Shown piece after piece: positions 1 to 15,100 of a stretch of 64,000 nucleotides of DNA (position 1 is its first letter; every line of letters begins with the position of its first letter). Position numbers and translations under genes: made by a program. Origin of the DNA: Octopus vulgaris (lineage: Eukaryota); NCBI GenBank assembly GCA_951406725.2, contig OX597832.1, positions 23,932,001 through 23,996,000 of the forward strand. Reading direction: 5' to 3'. Below the pieces are notes generated by a model, which did no database searches, was not told the origin of the DNA, and was given only the letters and a program-made list of their open reading frames with translations.

Positions 1-39
1 AATTCTTTTACAAGTTTTGGAAAAGCAAAGGGGGGAAAG

Positions 40-121
40 ATGGTCAGTAACAAAGTACACAGGGGCCAAAGGGGCAAGAGGCCCGAAAGGCTTAATAAAT
101 CTAGCCATAGTATGAATATAG
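40..121 (+). CDS. GNL2: GNL2 exon 1 ([27 protein letters not shown])
   Basis: ATG at 40; donor G|GTGAGT; phase 1 joins exon 2 to give [11 protein letters not shown]. Confidence 0.85.
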
Positions 122-3100
122 GTGAGTTATTTCGATGTTTATTTTCCTCTGCTTTTTGGTCCACCACGTGTTTGTCTTTTGCTGTAAACGTGTCTTGGTC
201 CTTAAATGTGTGATTTTAAGGCATCGGAGCTGGCAGAACTGTTAGCACGTCGAGCGAAATGCGTAACCGTATTTCGTCTGCCGTTACGTTCCGGGTTCAA
301 ATTCCGCCGAGATCGACTTTGCCTTTCGTCCCTTCGGGGTCGATAAATAAAGTACCAGTTACGCACTTGGGTCGATATAATCGACTTAATACCTATGTCT
401 GTCCTTGTGTGCAATAAAGAAATGGGTATCTCGTCTGCCGTACCCATCCTTTCGGGGTCGATTAAATAAGTACCAGTTACGCACTGGGGTCGATGTAATC
501 AACTTAATCCGTTTGTCTGTCCTTGTTTGTTCCCTCTGTGTTTAGCCCCTTATGGGTTATAAAGAAATAGAAATAGGTATTTCGTCTGCCGTTACGTTCT
601 GAGTTCAAATTCCGCCGAGGTCGACTTTGCCTTTCATCCTTTCGGGATCGATAAATTAAGTACCAGTTACGCACTGGGGTCGATATAACCGACTTAATAC
701 CTATGTCTGTCCTTGTTTAGCCCCTTGTGTGCAATAAAGAAGTGGGTATTTCGTCTGCTGTTACGTTCTGGGTTCAAATTCCGCCGATGTTGACTTTACG
801 TTTCATCCCTTCGGGGTCGATTAAATAAGTACCAGTTACACACTGGGTTCGATGTAATCGACTTAATCCCCAAGTCTGTCCTTGTTTGTCCCCTCTATGT
901 TTAGCCCCTTGTGGGCAATAAATAAATATATATTGTGTGGCTTTTAGAACATGTACATGAAGATAAAACACGTTGGTCGCTTCCAAAGGAGAAAAGATTT
1001 AGTAAAGAAATTTATATCTGTGTCGATTTTATGTATTTAGTTATTGATATTCGATTTTTCATTGCTTTTGAGAAAAATGAAAATAGGAATTAATGCAAGA
1101 TCGCCACTCCACTCTACTAAATAACTCCACTCCACGCCACTCCACTCCACTAAATAACGTGACATATTTTTATATGTGGTTTCTCGTATTTCTTCAACTT
1201 AATCATTTCACAAATGACGGCAATGAAGGTGCGTGTCTTAGTTGTGGTTAGAGTGTGGCACTGGAGATCGTGGTTTCGGTTCGCGGATCAGGTGGTTCGT
1301 CGTTTTTCTGGAGCAAACTTGTTCCAGTCGGGTCACCTGTAGACGAGTAAACCTGCGATGGACTGGCATCCCATTCAGGGTGGATGTTGTGATCTCGGTC
1401 ACTTCTACACCATGAATTCCAGGCAATCGTAGGACTCAATACAGTAATATCCAGGGATGATGACGATGATACCGACAAATGAGTTTGTTAAATGGTATGG
1501 AACCTTATTTGGAAATAATTAACAAGAGATAGAAGTGCTAGTAACTCTTGGCTGACCAAAGTTGGCATTCTTTCGATATAACTTGACAAAATCAAAACAT
1601 TTCACTTTGGGTATTTTCGTGGGGTTGTAGAGTATAGATATAACGACATTATCAGAAAATCAGGTGTAGTGTTGGCAAATCTCAGGAAGCATGGAAGTTT
1701 TGAAGGATGCAGTGCTCCGATAACTAACAACTGATGCCGGCAGTCTGGCCAAGGAAAAAATATTACTTTCTTTGGAAACAGATGAGGGTTGACGACAGGA
1801 TGGGCATCCAGTTCTACAATAGATTTTGACGTATGCAAACATGGAAAGTAAACGTCAAAATTAGTTCCATGCCTGCTTGAGTTGAGCTATGGTATTATTA
1901 TTTACATACAAGCCATACATCCTCTGGCCCAGCAGTTTTTGTTCAAAGATACTCCCAACACATATGTTTCGTTTTTGCTATAGTTTCTCAGCTGGATCAC
2001 TTTACAGACTGCGTTGGGTGTACTTTATTGTGAAACCAGCACACTAGATCATGCCTTGAAGAAAGCCAAAGGGCCCTCTCGATTTTACACTATCTCTGCT
2101 CCATCACCAACCACTTGGTGGAGAATATTCGGTAAATTTATAGCTTCACACCAGACTCAATTTCTTTACGTTTCTGCCAAGGTCCCCTTTCATCTTTCTG
2201 GCGTTTGATAAAATAAGTATCAATCAAGCTCTGGGGGTTGATGTAATCGGTTAGACCCCTTCACCTCAAAATTTCAGGCCCTCTGCCTATAAGTAGAAAG
2301 GATTATGAAACTGGTGTTTTGGACATAAATTAACAGGAAATTCTGATGGAAAGCTTGAATTTGTATCACTTCAAAACAGGATGACTATTGTAGAAGCCGG
2401 GAGAGTCTCAGATGTGTTAATATCAAAAGGGTTAATTGTCAAGTCCTGCCTAGAGAAATAATGGTAGCACTTGTGCTGGTGGCACGTGAAACATTCGAGC
2501 GAGGTCGTCACCAGTGCCGCTGGACTGGCTCCTGTGCAGGTGGCACATAAAAAGCATCATTTGGGCGAGGCCGATGCCAGTACCACCAAACTGGTGCTCG
2601 TGCCGGTGGCACGTAAAAGCACCCACTACACTCTTGGAGTGGTTGGCGTTAGGAGGGGCATCCAGCTGTAGAAACCCTACCAGATCAGATTGGAGTCTGG
2701 TTCACCAGACCTCAGTCAAATCGTCCAACCCATGCTAGCATGGAAAGCGGATGTTAAATGATGATGATGTTTGTGAGGGATTTGAACCTACAACCTGTGA
2801 ATTGATGGTCCAGTACCTTTCATAAACCAGTCACAGCTACAAGACCTTACACCTAAAACCACAAATTGCTATTTCAACAGATCATATTTTCTTAAATTTC
2901 CATAAAGCTGTTAATTCCTTATTTCATGTTTTCCCATTGTTTATTATTTTTTTGTATTTTTTAATATTTTTTCCAGATCGCCCCAAATCTGAAGGGCATG
3001 GTGGACATAACATGAGGGACCGGACCACCATTAAACGTCTCCAAATGTACAGAAATTACAAACCAAAAAGGTAACATTAATTACTTCCTTTTTTTGTAGG

Positions 3101-6100
3101 CTTCGTGAAATTAGTGTGACTTCTGAGTATTAACTCAAATTCTCTTTAACTATCTAACACACACAGCTCTGTGCTCGGTAGTACAGTCAAAACACATAAC
3201 AAAAATGAGACTACTGGATGGTGGTGGCAGTGGCAGTTATATATATATATCATCATCATCATCATCATCATTTAGCGTCCGCTTTCCATGCTAGCATGGG
3301 TTGGACGGTTCAACTGGGGTCTGTGAAGCCAGAAGGCTGCATCAGGCCCAGTCTGATCTGGCAGTGTTTCTCCGGCTGGATGCCCTTCTTAACGCCAACC
3401 ACTCCATGAGTGTAGTGGGTGCTTTTTACGTGCCACCCGCACAGGTGCCAGACGGAGCTGGCAAACGGCCACGGACGGATGGTGCTTTTTACGTAACACT
3501 GGCATGGGGGCCAGGCAAGGCTGGCAACGGCATATATATATATATATATATACTACTACTAATAATAATGATACTTTAATTTTACAAGACACATAGAAGA
3601 ACATGCATTCTAATCACAATTCTTTTATTATTTTTACAGAGACAGTGCAGGAAAAATCTTGCGGCCAGCACCGTTTCAAACTTGGTTAAAATCTGGAACT
3701 GTTGCTCGGGTGGAACCAAACAGAAGATGGTTTGGTAAATACTTTGTGCTCTTATATTTCTTTTTTTTTTCTCTTACCTTCCCTGCTCCCTTTGTTTTTT
3801 TGTTGTTATGCTTTTCTCCAAGAGGTTTTTAGTCTGGCATCAACCCCAGTATTCTGTCAGTCTGGTAATTGGTGACAAAAGCGGCGAGCTGACAGAAACG
3901 TTAGCACGCCAGGCGAAATGCTTTGCAATATTTCGTCTGCTGTTACGTTCTGAGTTCAAATTCCTCCAAGCTTGACTTTGCCTGTCATCCTTTCAGGGTC
4001 GATAAATTAAGTACCAGTTACACACTGGGGTCGATGTAATCGACTTAATCCGTTTGTCTGTCCTTGTTTGTCCTCTCTGTGTTTAGCCCCTTGTGGGTAG
4101 TAAAGAAATAGGTATTTCGTCTGCCATTATGTTCTGAGTTCAAATTCCTCCAAGCTTGACTTTGCCTGTCATCCTTTCAGGGTCGATAAATTAAGTACCA
4201 GTTATGCACTGGGGTCGATGTAATCGACTTAATCCGTTTGTCTGTCCTTGTTTGTCCTCTCTGTGTTTAGCCCCTTGTGGGTAGTAAAGAAATAGGTATT
4301 TCGTCTGCCATTATGTTCTGAGTTCAAATTCCTCCAAGCTTGACTTTGCCTGTCATCCTTTCAGGATCGATAAATTAAGTACCAGTTACACACTGGGGTC
4401 GATGTAATCGACTTAATCCGTTTGTCTGTCCTTGTTTGTCCTCTCTGTGTTTAGCCCCTTGTGGGTAGTAAAGAAATAGGTATTTCGTCTGCCATTATGT
4501 TCTGAGTTCAAATTCCTCCAAGCTTGACTTTGCCTGTCATCCTTTCAGGGTCGATAAATTAAGTACCAGTTACACACTGGGGTCGATGTAATCGACTTAA
4601 TCCGTTTGTCTGTCCTTGTTTGTATTTTCGCCCCTTGTGGGTAGTAAAGAAATTGGTGACATGTTAAAGGCACCTGAAACACTTTGTAAAGTGGTTGGCA
4701 TTAGGAAGGGCATCCAGCCATAGAAACGAACCCAAAACACAGACTGGGTCCTGGCTTACCAATTCCAGTCAAACCATCTAACCCCAGCCAGTATGGAAAG
4801 CAGATGCTAAATGATGATCCTGATGATGATTAAGGAAAGTTTCTGGCATAATGGAATGGTTTTATTATTACCCACAAGGGGCGAACATAGAGGGGACAAT
4901 ACAATCTGATGTGGGGTCAGATATACGAATGGGGTTACACAAAGATGAGTTTAAAAATTCAATAAAATACAAATATAAAATCGAATGGAGAACAGACCGG
5001 AAGACATTACGGATGGAGTGGGAGCGGGTTTAGCTCGGACCCCATGAGCCCCGCCTCCCCACTGATACTTTGGTTTCGTCTAGTTTTACATTTATGTGGT
5101 ATCATCCACTCGCAACTTTCGTGCTACATCCTTCCATCGTTCTTCATACACTTTCTTAGTCAGGCATTTTCTCTCCAGCCCTATCTTCCTTTTCAGGTGA
5201 AAGATGAAGGAATTCATCAATCCAGGGCCGGAGATGAACTTGCCTGACCGTAAACCTTTCATTCTCGTCTTCCATGATGGAATGGCATAATGGAACGGTT
5301 GCTTAAACATCAACGCAATAGAACTTGGATCCATGCCTTCTCTCAGAAACTGTAAATCCTCTAATTTATAACAATGCCAGGATGTCAAGACAAAGCACAT
5401 CATCATCACAAGCACACACATGTACAGTGGGCTTCTTTCAGTTTTCATCTATTGTATCTACTCAAGGCTTTGCTTGGCCCAGGGCTATAATAGAAAACAC
5501 TCACCCAAGATCACATGGTTGGGAAATGAACTTCTCAACCACACACCTACGCCTATACGTACGGGTGTACGGTGATTGCTGCCATAAAAAGAGAATGTTA
5601 TTATCGAGCTATTTTATTCAGGGTAGACACTGCCTACCCAAGTGGCACATCCCTGATATATATATGTATGTGTTTGTGTTTGTCCCCCCACCATCGCTTG
5701 ACAACTGATGGTGTGTTTATGTCCTTGTAACTTAGTGGTTCAGCAAAAGACACCGGTAGAATAAATACTCGGCTTACAAAGAATATAGTCCTGGGGGTCG
5801 ATTTGTTCGACTAAAAGCAGTGCTCCAGCATGGCTGAAACAACTGCATGGTATCTTGGGCAAGTGTCTTCTACTATGGCCTCTGGCTGACCAAATTCTCT
5901 TGTGAGTGAATCTGGTTGATGGAAACTGAAAGAAGCCCATCGTATATATATGTATGTGTGTCTGTGTCTTTTCCTCCCACCATCGCTTGACAGCCGATGC
6001 TGGTGTGTTCAGCAAAAGAAACCGATGGAATAAGTACTAGGCTTACAAAGAATAAGTCCTGGGGTCGATTTGTTCGCCTAAAAGGCAGTGCTCCAGCATG

Positions 6101-9100
6101 GCCGCAATCAAATGACTGAAACAAATAAAAGAATATAAAACTGTGTGAAGGTAAATTACATTTTGACGTAAGAGGTTTTTTTTTTCTGTAACGAAGTTTA
6201 CTCATCATTTATTTTTTTTTTTTTTGCTGTACAGGTAATACCCGGGTGATTACCCAGAATGCACTGCAGAGATTTCAAGAGGAGATGGAGAAAGTTAAGA
6301 AGGACCCTTACAAGATGGTTATGAGACAGAGTAAACTTCCTGTTTCCCTACTGAATGAAGCTGCCAAAGTGTGTAGACCATTTTTTATTGATTTATCTTT
6401 ATTTTACATTTTGTTGTCAATAGCATCATTAGTTGTATTGGGTTGTCCGGAAAGTTCATGCCAAATTACAGTAGCTTACCTTTCGACTTAATTTAGAACA
6501 TGGTTGAGTCCATAAAATAGGATTTGACTACACCTCCATTTAGAGCAAAGTTTAAGCTATCTTTTTGTGGAAGAAGGTTTATGTTCCTATAACCTGTGTT
6601 AATTTTGTAACCCTTTAAAATGGAAGATAAGAAAGTTCATTTTCGGCACTTGATGGTGATTGATAAAGCAAGGGGATGTAGCATGTGCCTTCTTGCTCTC
6701 AGGTGATAGAGAAGTATGGGTGTTAGGGGAGGAAATGGTTGATGGGGCAATGAGGATACAGGTGTGCAAGGGGCAGAGGCTCACAGACAGGCATGAACCA
6801 AGATGGTAGACAAGAGAAAGATGAGGAGTGGCAGATGTTAAATTTAATGTATTTATTTCACCATTTCTTGCCTTTCAGTATGCGCGTCCTCATCTTTTGG
6901 ATACCGAGAGCTACGCTGTGACATTTGGAAAGAAAGCTCAGCGCAAAAGACCGAAAATCAAAGTTGACAATTTGGAGGTAACTCATGTTTTGTACATCAT
7001 CATCATCATTACTATTTCATTTTCTGTGTTCCATACTGGTATGTTTTGTACAATTTTTGAAAAAAATCTGCTTTTTTTTTGTGTGTGTGTGTAGAAAGAA
7101 ATTGGAAGTTCCATTGTATCTACACAATTGGCACAGGAGTGGCTGTGTGGTAAGTAGCTTGCTTACCAACCACATGGTTCCGGGTTCATTCCCACTGCAT
7201 TGCACCTTGGGCAAGTGTCTTCTACTATAGCCTCGGGCCGACCAAAGCCTTGTGAGTGGATTTGGTAAACGGAAATTGAAAGAAGCCCGTCGTATATATC
7301 ATCATCATTTAGCGTCCGTTTTCCATGCTAGCATGGGTTGGACGGTTCAACTGGGGTCTGTGAAGCTGGAAGGCTTCATCAGGCCCAGTCAGATCTGGCA
7401 GTGTTTCTTCGGCTGGATGCCCTTCCTAACGCCATTTATATATGTATATATATAAATATAAATGCGTGTGTCTGTGTTTGTCCCCCTAGCATTGCTTGAC
7501 AACTGATGCTGGTGTGTTTACGTCCCCATCACTTAGCGGTTCGGCAAAAAGAGACCGATAGAATAAGTACTAGGCTTACAAAGAATGAGTCCTGGGGGTC
7601 GAGTTGCTCGATTAAAGGCGGTGCTCCAGCATGGCCGCAGTCAAATGACTGAAACAAGTAAAAGAATAAAAGAGAGAGAGATTGCATTTTTGTCTGTTGA
7701 GGTAAATGTGGGAAAGTGTCTGTTAGAACCTAATTAGGTATTTACCTAATTGGATTTCACATAAAGTTTTTCTATTTATGCGTCCTTTTCAAGCCTAGCC
7801 AGGTTCATGGGCCCGGTTTCCCTGTTTTTGTGGCGTATGTGTTCCCCACCCAGCTGGACATAAAATATCTTTGAAATGCAAAATTTCATTTTAAATTTGT
7901 TAATTTGATCTTCTTTTTTTTTCTCCATCCATAGGATTTAAGTAAACTTGTCCAAGAATCTGCAGAGAAGTATAATCCCCAGAAAGACATGGATTTAATG
8001 GTTGAATATGATGGTGTCCGTGATGAAGCCATTGAAATGGTGTTCAAAGCTGGACAATCGAAACGTATCTGGAACGAACTCTATAAAGTGAGTACAACCG
8101 GTCCCCTGATGTATATTTTGGAGTTTTTGGTGTTTCTGCAAGTAATATCTGCTTTATGGTTTTATTTGAGTTACATACACTTTCATCATCATCATTGTTC
8201 GACCGTGGTCGAGACAATGGAATTTACTATGTTACGCCAGACTTCACGGTCCATCATAGCATTACGGAGGTCCTGTTGCTGGATGCCTGTATCCCTGGAG
8301 ATTACATCAGGGTAGGAGAGTGTGCGCCCTCTGGTATTGCGAGTAGATGGCTTCCAGAGGAGAAGAGTAGAAATTACCTCTTTTTCAGCTCTACAACAAA
8401 CTGGACTCTCCTACCTTTCACAAGAGATGACACAGGTGGTAATTTCCCATATATTTGCATTTTGGTTGGATGGCACTTCCACGAGAGATTTTGAGCTCTC
8501 ATAAGGAGGCGAGTGTAGGTTCCATCCAACATACACTTTATCCCTGCTTGCACTATGGTCAAGGTTGTTTTTTGTTGGTGGAGCAAGAGATTATTTTCAC
8601 AGCCAGCGTATCTTCCTGTTTCTAATTGCTCGACTACAGAAAAAGGCAACAAACTGGCGTACACTTTCTGCAATTTTGCATAGACCTCTGAGCAGGTATC
8701 TCCATGACAACTTTCTCTTTCTCTGAGTGTAGTGGGTGCTTTTTACGTGCCACCAGCACAGGTGCCAGGCGAGGCTGGCAACGGCCATGATTAGTTGGTG
8801 CTTTTTATGTGCCACTGGCATGGAAGCCAGTCAAGGCGGCACTGGGATCAGCCACGTTCAGATGGTGCTTTTTACGTGCCACCGGCACAGGGATCACAAC
8901 TACATTTTCCATTGATTTTTGATGCTGATGTACTTGACTTAATAGGTCTCCTCAAGCACAGGGTCGAAACGGTGTTTCTTTACTTGCCACCTGCACAGGA
9001 GTCAGTCCAGTGGCACTGGCAACAGCCGGGTACCAGTCCCTATGGATATTAAAAATTAAAAAATTATATTTCAATCATTTTTTACTAATTTTGGTTAAAT

Positions 9101-12100
9101 ATTTTAGAAACTTACAAATATTACTTTTATGTTTGCTGTTTATTTATTCACCCTTTTTTTTTTTTTTTGTGCAGGTCATTGATTCTTCAGATGTCCTTGT
9201 CCAAGTTTTAGATGCCCGAGATCCCTTAGGAACAAGATGTTATCAAATTGAAAAATACCTTAAAAAAGAGAAACCTCACAAGCAGTTGATTTTTATTTTG
9301 AACAAAGTCGACCTTGTTCCAGTTTGGGTTACGGTAAGTTAACAGTTATACTTCCCAATACGTACAGAGACATATAATATATATATATATATATATATAC
9401 ATATCATCATCATCATCATCGTTTAACGTCCGCTTTCCATGCTAGCATGGGTTGGACGGTTCAACTGGGGTCTGGCAAGCCCGAAGGCTGCACCAGGCCA
9501 GTCAGATCTGGCAGTGTTTCTACAGCTGGATGCCCTTCCTAACGCCAACCACTCCGAGAGTGTAGTGGGTGATTTTATGTGCCACCGACACAGATATCTA
9601 TAATATAAATTGGACATGGGCGATCGTTGTATTCTTTCTTGTCTTGAGGTTCACAGCCAAACGGCTGGGTGGATTCGTGTGAAAAATGGCACACATGTAG
9701 AGACAGGTGCATAGATTGGAATGCGGTTTGTAGTTTTTTCCTAGCCCACATACTTACCGAGAAAATCGATTAAAACGTTTCTAAAAGAAATTTTCATACA
9801 GCTGGAGGCTCCAATCAAAACAAGGGACTCAAAATGATAAGGTTGAGAAACGCTGTTATAGATTATGCCTTACCAAAAAAAACAATCACAGCCACATCAT
9901 CCAAACAGACCAAGTGAAACCGGGCTTAGCTGCTTGTATAGTCATAGTGCTAGTATCTGTTATTTTTTTTATTTTTTCGTGTTGTTAATATTTATACTTA
10001 TTTATGTACTTTTCTTTTGACAGCAAAAATGGGTGACTATTTTGTCAGAAGCCCAACCTACCATGGCGTTCCATGCAAGCCTTACCAACGCTTTTGGAAA
10101 AGGAGCATTTATTAATTTGCTACGACAGTTTGCAAAGGTTAGAAGAAAACAAAGAAAAACATTTTATATTTCATATCCCTTTGTTTTGATTATTATTGCA
10201 TTTTGAAAATAGCAGAAAAATATTCTTTGTTTTTATATAAGCAAGCATGGGAGGCGCAATGGCCCAGTGGTTAGGGCAGCGGACTCGCAGTCATAGGATC
10301 GCGGTTTCGATTCCCAGACCGGGCGTTGTGAGTGTTTATTGAGCGAAAACACCTAAAGCTCCACGAGGCTCCGGCAGGGGATGGTGGTGATCCCTGCTGT
10401 ACCCTTTCACCACAACTTTCTCTCACTCTTACTTCCTGTTTCTGTTGTACCTGTATTTCAAAGGGCCGGCCTTGTCACTCTCTGTGTCACGCTGAATATC
10501 CCCGAGAACTACGTTAAGGGTACACGTGTCTGTGGAGTGGTCAGCCACTTACACGTTAATTTCACGAGCAGGCTGTTCCGTTGATTTGGATCAACCGGAA
10601 CCCTCGTCATCGTAACCGACGGAGTGCTTCCATAAGCAAGCATGGCTGTGTGATTAAGAAGTAGGCTTCCCCAGCATCAGTGGCTCTCTGTCCCATGTGT
10701 CACAGGATGTGTGACAAAGGAACTTTGACAGACATATAAACTAAAAATAATATAAATAAAAAACAAAGTGAAGATCAAATAAACAGTGTGTGTGTTTAAT
10801 CAGCAAAAGATGACCATCCCCAAGTATAACAATAACATATATATATATATATATATATCATCATCATCATCGTTTAGCGTCTGCTTTCCATGCTGGCATG
10901 GGTTGGACGGTTCAACTGAGGTCTGGGAAGCCAGGAGGCTGCACCAGGCCCCAGTCTGATCTGGCAATGTTTCTACAGCTGGATGCCCTTCCTAACACCA
11001 ACCACTCCATGAGTGTAGTGGGTGCTTTTTAGGTGCCAGGCGATGCTGGCAAACGGCCACAATCGGATGGTGCTTTTTACGTGCCACTGGCACAAAACAT
11101 AATAGGGCCCTCGGGGTCCTTCGCCCGTCACAATATATCAATTCAAGTGATCCAATAGAACTCATAAAAGAGCTCCTGAATGTATCATCCTACAAAACAT
11201 TAATGCAGACATTGTCAGTAATTTGTTTATTATTAAATGTAATAATATAAATTATCTTTACATGCTTTAAGTTATGAAACAATCTGTTATATTTTTCGTC
11301 ATGAGGTTTCCAGACATGAGTTCTACTCACATGTCAAGTTTCATCAAAATCAATTATACAATGTAGGGGGAGTTAGCTAACAACACCACAAACAAACACA
11401 CACCGGTTTTCCATATATGTCGTAGATATATTTATACATGTATATTTTGCTGGTGCTGCTGAGACCGCCTTCGGTCATGACTGACTGTGGGATTGCACCC
11501 AGAAAGTTACCCTCCAAGGCACAAGTCTGGGCAAGGTTGTTTATGGGTGACCAGCAGTCGCCCATGCATACCAGCCTCCCCTCTCCACACCACCGGTGCT
11601 ATCCAAGGGAAAGGCAAAGGGGCCGATACAGCTTGGCACCTGTGGTGTCGCAACTCATTTCTACAGCTGGAGCAACGTGAAATAAAGTGTCTTGCTCAAG
11701 AACACAACACACAGCCCAGTTCAGGATTCGAACTCACAACCTCGCGATTGTAAGCTCAATGCTCTAACCACTGAGCCATGTATATTTTAGTCTATTGCTA
11801 ACAAGATTTTCTGCTGTTTTATCTACCTATTACAGGTATTAACTCTACTTTTTTTTGCTTTCAGCTCCATTCGAATAAAAAACAAATCAGTGTTGGATTT
11901 ATAGGTTATCCAAATGTTGGGAAAAGTTCCGTTATTAATACTTTGCGCAAGAAGAAAGTTTGTAAAGTGGCTCCGATTGCTGGTGAGACAAAGGTAAGTA
12001 AATGACACAAACCACAGGTATGGTCTGAAGATCATACATAGACACAGGAGCGGCCGTGTGATAAGAAGCTTGCTTCCCAACCACATGGTTCCTGGTTCAG

Positions 12101-15100
12101 TCCCACTGTGTGGCACCTTGGGCAAGTGTCTTCTGCTATAGCCTCGGGCCAACTAAAGCCTTGTGAGTGGATTTGGTCACAGAAACTGAAAGAAGCCCAT
12201 TGTGTGTGTGTGTGTATACACACATATATATATATATATGTGTGTGTGTGTATGTATATGTGTTCGTCTCTGCCACCATCGCTTGACAACCGATGTTGGT
12301 GTGTTTACATCCCTGTAACTTAGCTTTTTGGGAAAAGAAACCAATAGAATAAGTGCTAGGCTTTCAAAGAATAAGTCCTGGGGGTGATTTGTTGGACTAA
12401 AGGCAGTGCTCCAGCATGGCCGCAGTCAAATGAGTAAAAGAGTACTAGACCCATTTCAATGTTCAATTTGATTTCTTGTCGTTTATTGTATTGCTGTTTT
12501 ATGAGTTCAGTGGAATGAACAATAATTTTTTTTATACAACAGTAAACAGACATTAGCGTAGGAGTGGCTGTGTGGTAAGTAGCTTGCTTACCAACCACAT
12601 GGTTCCGGGTTCAGTCCCACTGTGTGGCACCTTGGGCAAGTGTCTTCTACTATAGCCTCGTGCCGACCAAAGCCTTGTGAGTGAATTTGGTAGACGGAAA
12701 CTGAAAGAAGCCCGTGATATATATGTGTTTGTGTGTCTGTGTTTGTCCCCCCAACATCGCTTGACAACCGATACTGGTGTGTTTACGTCCCTGTAACTTA
12801 GCGGTTTGGCAAAAAAGACCGATAGAATAAGTACTAGGCTTACAAAGAATAAGTCCTGGGGGTCGATTTCCTAGACTAAAGGCGGTGCTCCAGCATGGCC
12901 ACAGTCAAATGACTGAAACAAGTAAAAGAGTAAACAATTTTGGGGATCAGTCTATGAGGGAGCCTCTATGTGGACACTTGACCTGTTAGAAATAGCAACC
13001 AAATCTCCCTCAAATTACCTTGGCCTTCATTGGAGCAGATGAAGAGGGGTGTTTCCAGTGTATGGATTGTCTCTTTCTCTCTGACTCAAAGTGGTGAGTC
13101 CAACATTCATCCTGGGTTAGGAAATGGTCAAAGAAATCAGCTGGTTATGCCTCAATGCCATAGTTTCCTGTGATGTGATTTCCTGCCAAGTTCTTTGTGC
13201 AGAATATTCTTAATTCTCTCATCATCATTATTTAACGTCAGCTTTCCATGCTAGCATGGGTTGGACGGTTCGACTGGGGTCTGGGAAGCCAGGAGGCTGC
13301 ACCAAGCCCAGTCTGGTCTGGCAGTGTTTCTACAGCTGGATATGTTAATAGCATTGGCTGTTTGATTTATAGTCAATAACCATGTGATTAACATAATCAA
13401 TGTTTTTGTCGGTGGTGGCAGTTGCAAGATATCCAAAGCTTGGGTCATCTTCAAGACTCTCTGTTCCCCTCCTAAATTGAGCCACCCGCTTTTGCACTGT
13501 TGATAGAGCTAGAGCAGGGGTTCTCAAAGTGGGCAGTGGAAAGATCCAGCGGGATGTTGAAGAAAAATAGGATGATAATGGGGTGGCCACAATCAGGTGA
13601 TAAATGTAAAAAAAAAATATATATTAATAAGTTAATTAGGTTTAATTAAGTTTTATTTGCGAACTACAGTTGTTTTGAATTTGCTGCAGAAAGTGGTCTG
13701 TGTTTGTGGTGGTGGGGGGGGGGCGCTAGGAATGTAGCCTGGGTGCCGAGTGGGCAGCATCCTGGCATAGTTCAGTCAGTAGAGCATCAGACTTTTATAG
13801 GTCAACCTTAGAAGTAATCTGAGGGACGCGGGTTCGAGTCCCTTGAATTTGGGCTGGATAGGGCTGGTTAAAATGCTAAAGGGTTCATACATTCTTATTT
13901 CTTTATTGCCCGCAAGGGGCTAAACATAGAGGGGACAAACAAGGACAGACAAAGGAATTGAGTCGATTACATCGACCCCCGTACGTAGCTGGTACTTAAT
14001 TTATCGCCCCCGAAAGGTTGAAAGGCAAAGTTGACCTCGGTGGAATTTGAACTCAGAACATAACAGCAGATGAAATACTGCTAAGCATTTCGCCCAGCAT
14101 GCTAACGTTTCTGCCAACTTGCTGCCTAGGGTTCATACATTCTATTACATAAAATGCTTCGTTTCTCATCTTCTTTATTTTTTTACTTATTAATTAACTC
14201 TTATAACTCAATTCATTCTCTTCTCTCTGTTTTACAGGTCTGGCAGTACATAACACTGATGAGAAGAATATATTTGGTAGATTGTCCTGGTGTGGTGTAT
14301 CCGTCTGGTTCCACTCCTACAGAAATTGTTTTGAAAGGTGTGGTAAGTATTATAGAGATTTCATTCTCTCCATCCATGACCATCTCATTGTTTTGTATCT
14401 CTAGGACTACATTATTCAAAATTAATTTTCTCTGTTGTTTGTACTCTGTGTAAGTTGGATCTATTAATATAAATATCTAAATATTTGTACTTAAATATTC
14501 ATCGTTTGAATGTCTTTTACGTGCCACCAGCACATCTATCACAACTACAATTTTCATTTGATATTTATTTTGATATTGTTGTATATATATATACATATTA
14601 GAAGAAATGAGGTAATCAGAAGATCAGATGGTTTATATTTACAGATATTTATTTATATATATATCATATCACTTAGATCATTAGCGCTTTCTCCCATTCT
14701 AGTGGGGTTTTCAAATCAAAATATATGCATATACATATATACACAACAGTTTTTTTCAGTTTCCATTCACCAAATCAAGCATATAACAAATATGTACCAT
14801 TCTTTTATAAAAAATATTTTTATTAAATTCTCTTAAAAGACGCCTCCTCTCGTGTTGCAGAACACCAGAATTTTTCCTTAAAGCTTGGGGGGTTCCTCAT
14901 AACTTCGAGGAAAAAAATTCTTCATCCATTGGACTGATCCACCAGTGGCTTGTTCTGGATAACCTTGTTGTAATGAAAGCATTCTCCTTAAATTCCAGGT
15001 ACGAGTGGAACATCTGAGGAATCCCGAAGACTACATCGGAGCTGTACTTGAACGAGTACGACCTGAATATATTACACGAGCCTACAAAATAGAAGGTTGG

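Noticed and set aside
1105-1160. (ACTCC)n-like repeat in GNL2 intron 1 as a regulatory or telomeric motif
   Set aside because: Short degenerate microsatellite; not TTAGGG and no supporting context.
10249-10325. SINE heads (also 12556, 15192, 20773, 21195) as tRNA genes
   Set aside because: They have A/B boxes but no complete cloverleaf, and they continue into SINE bodies with TSDs.
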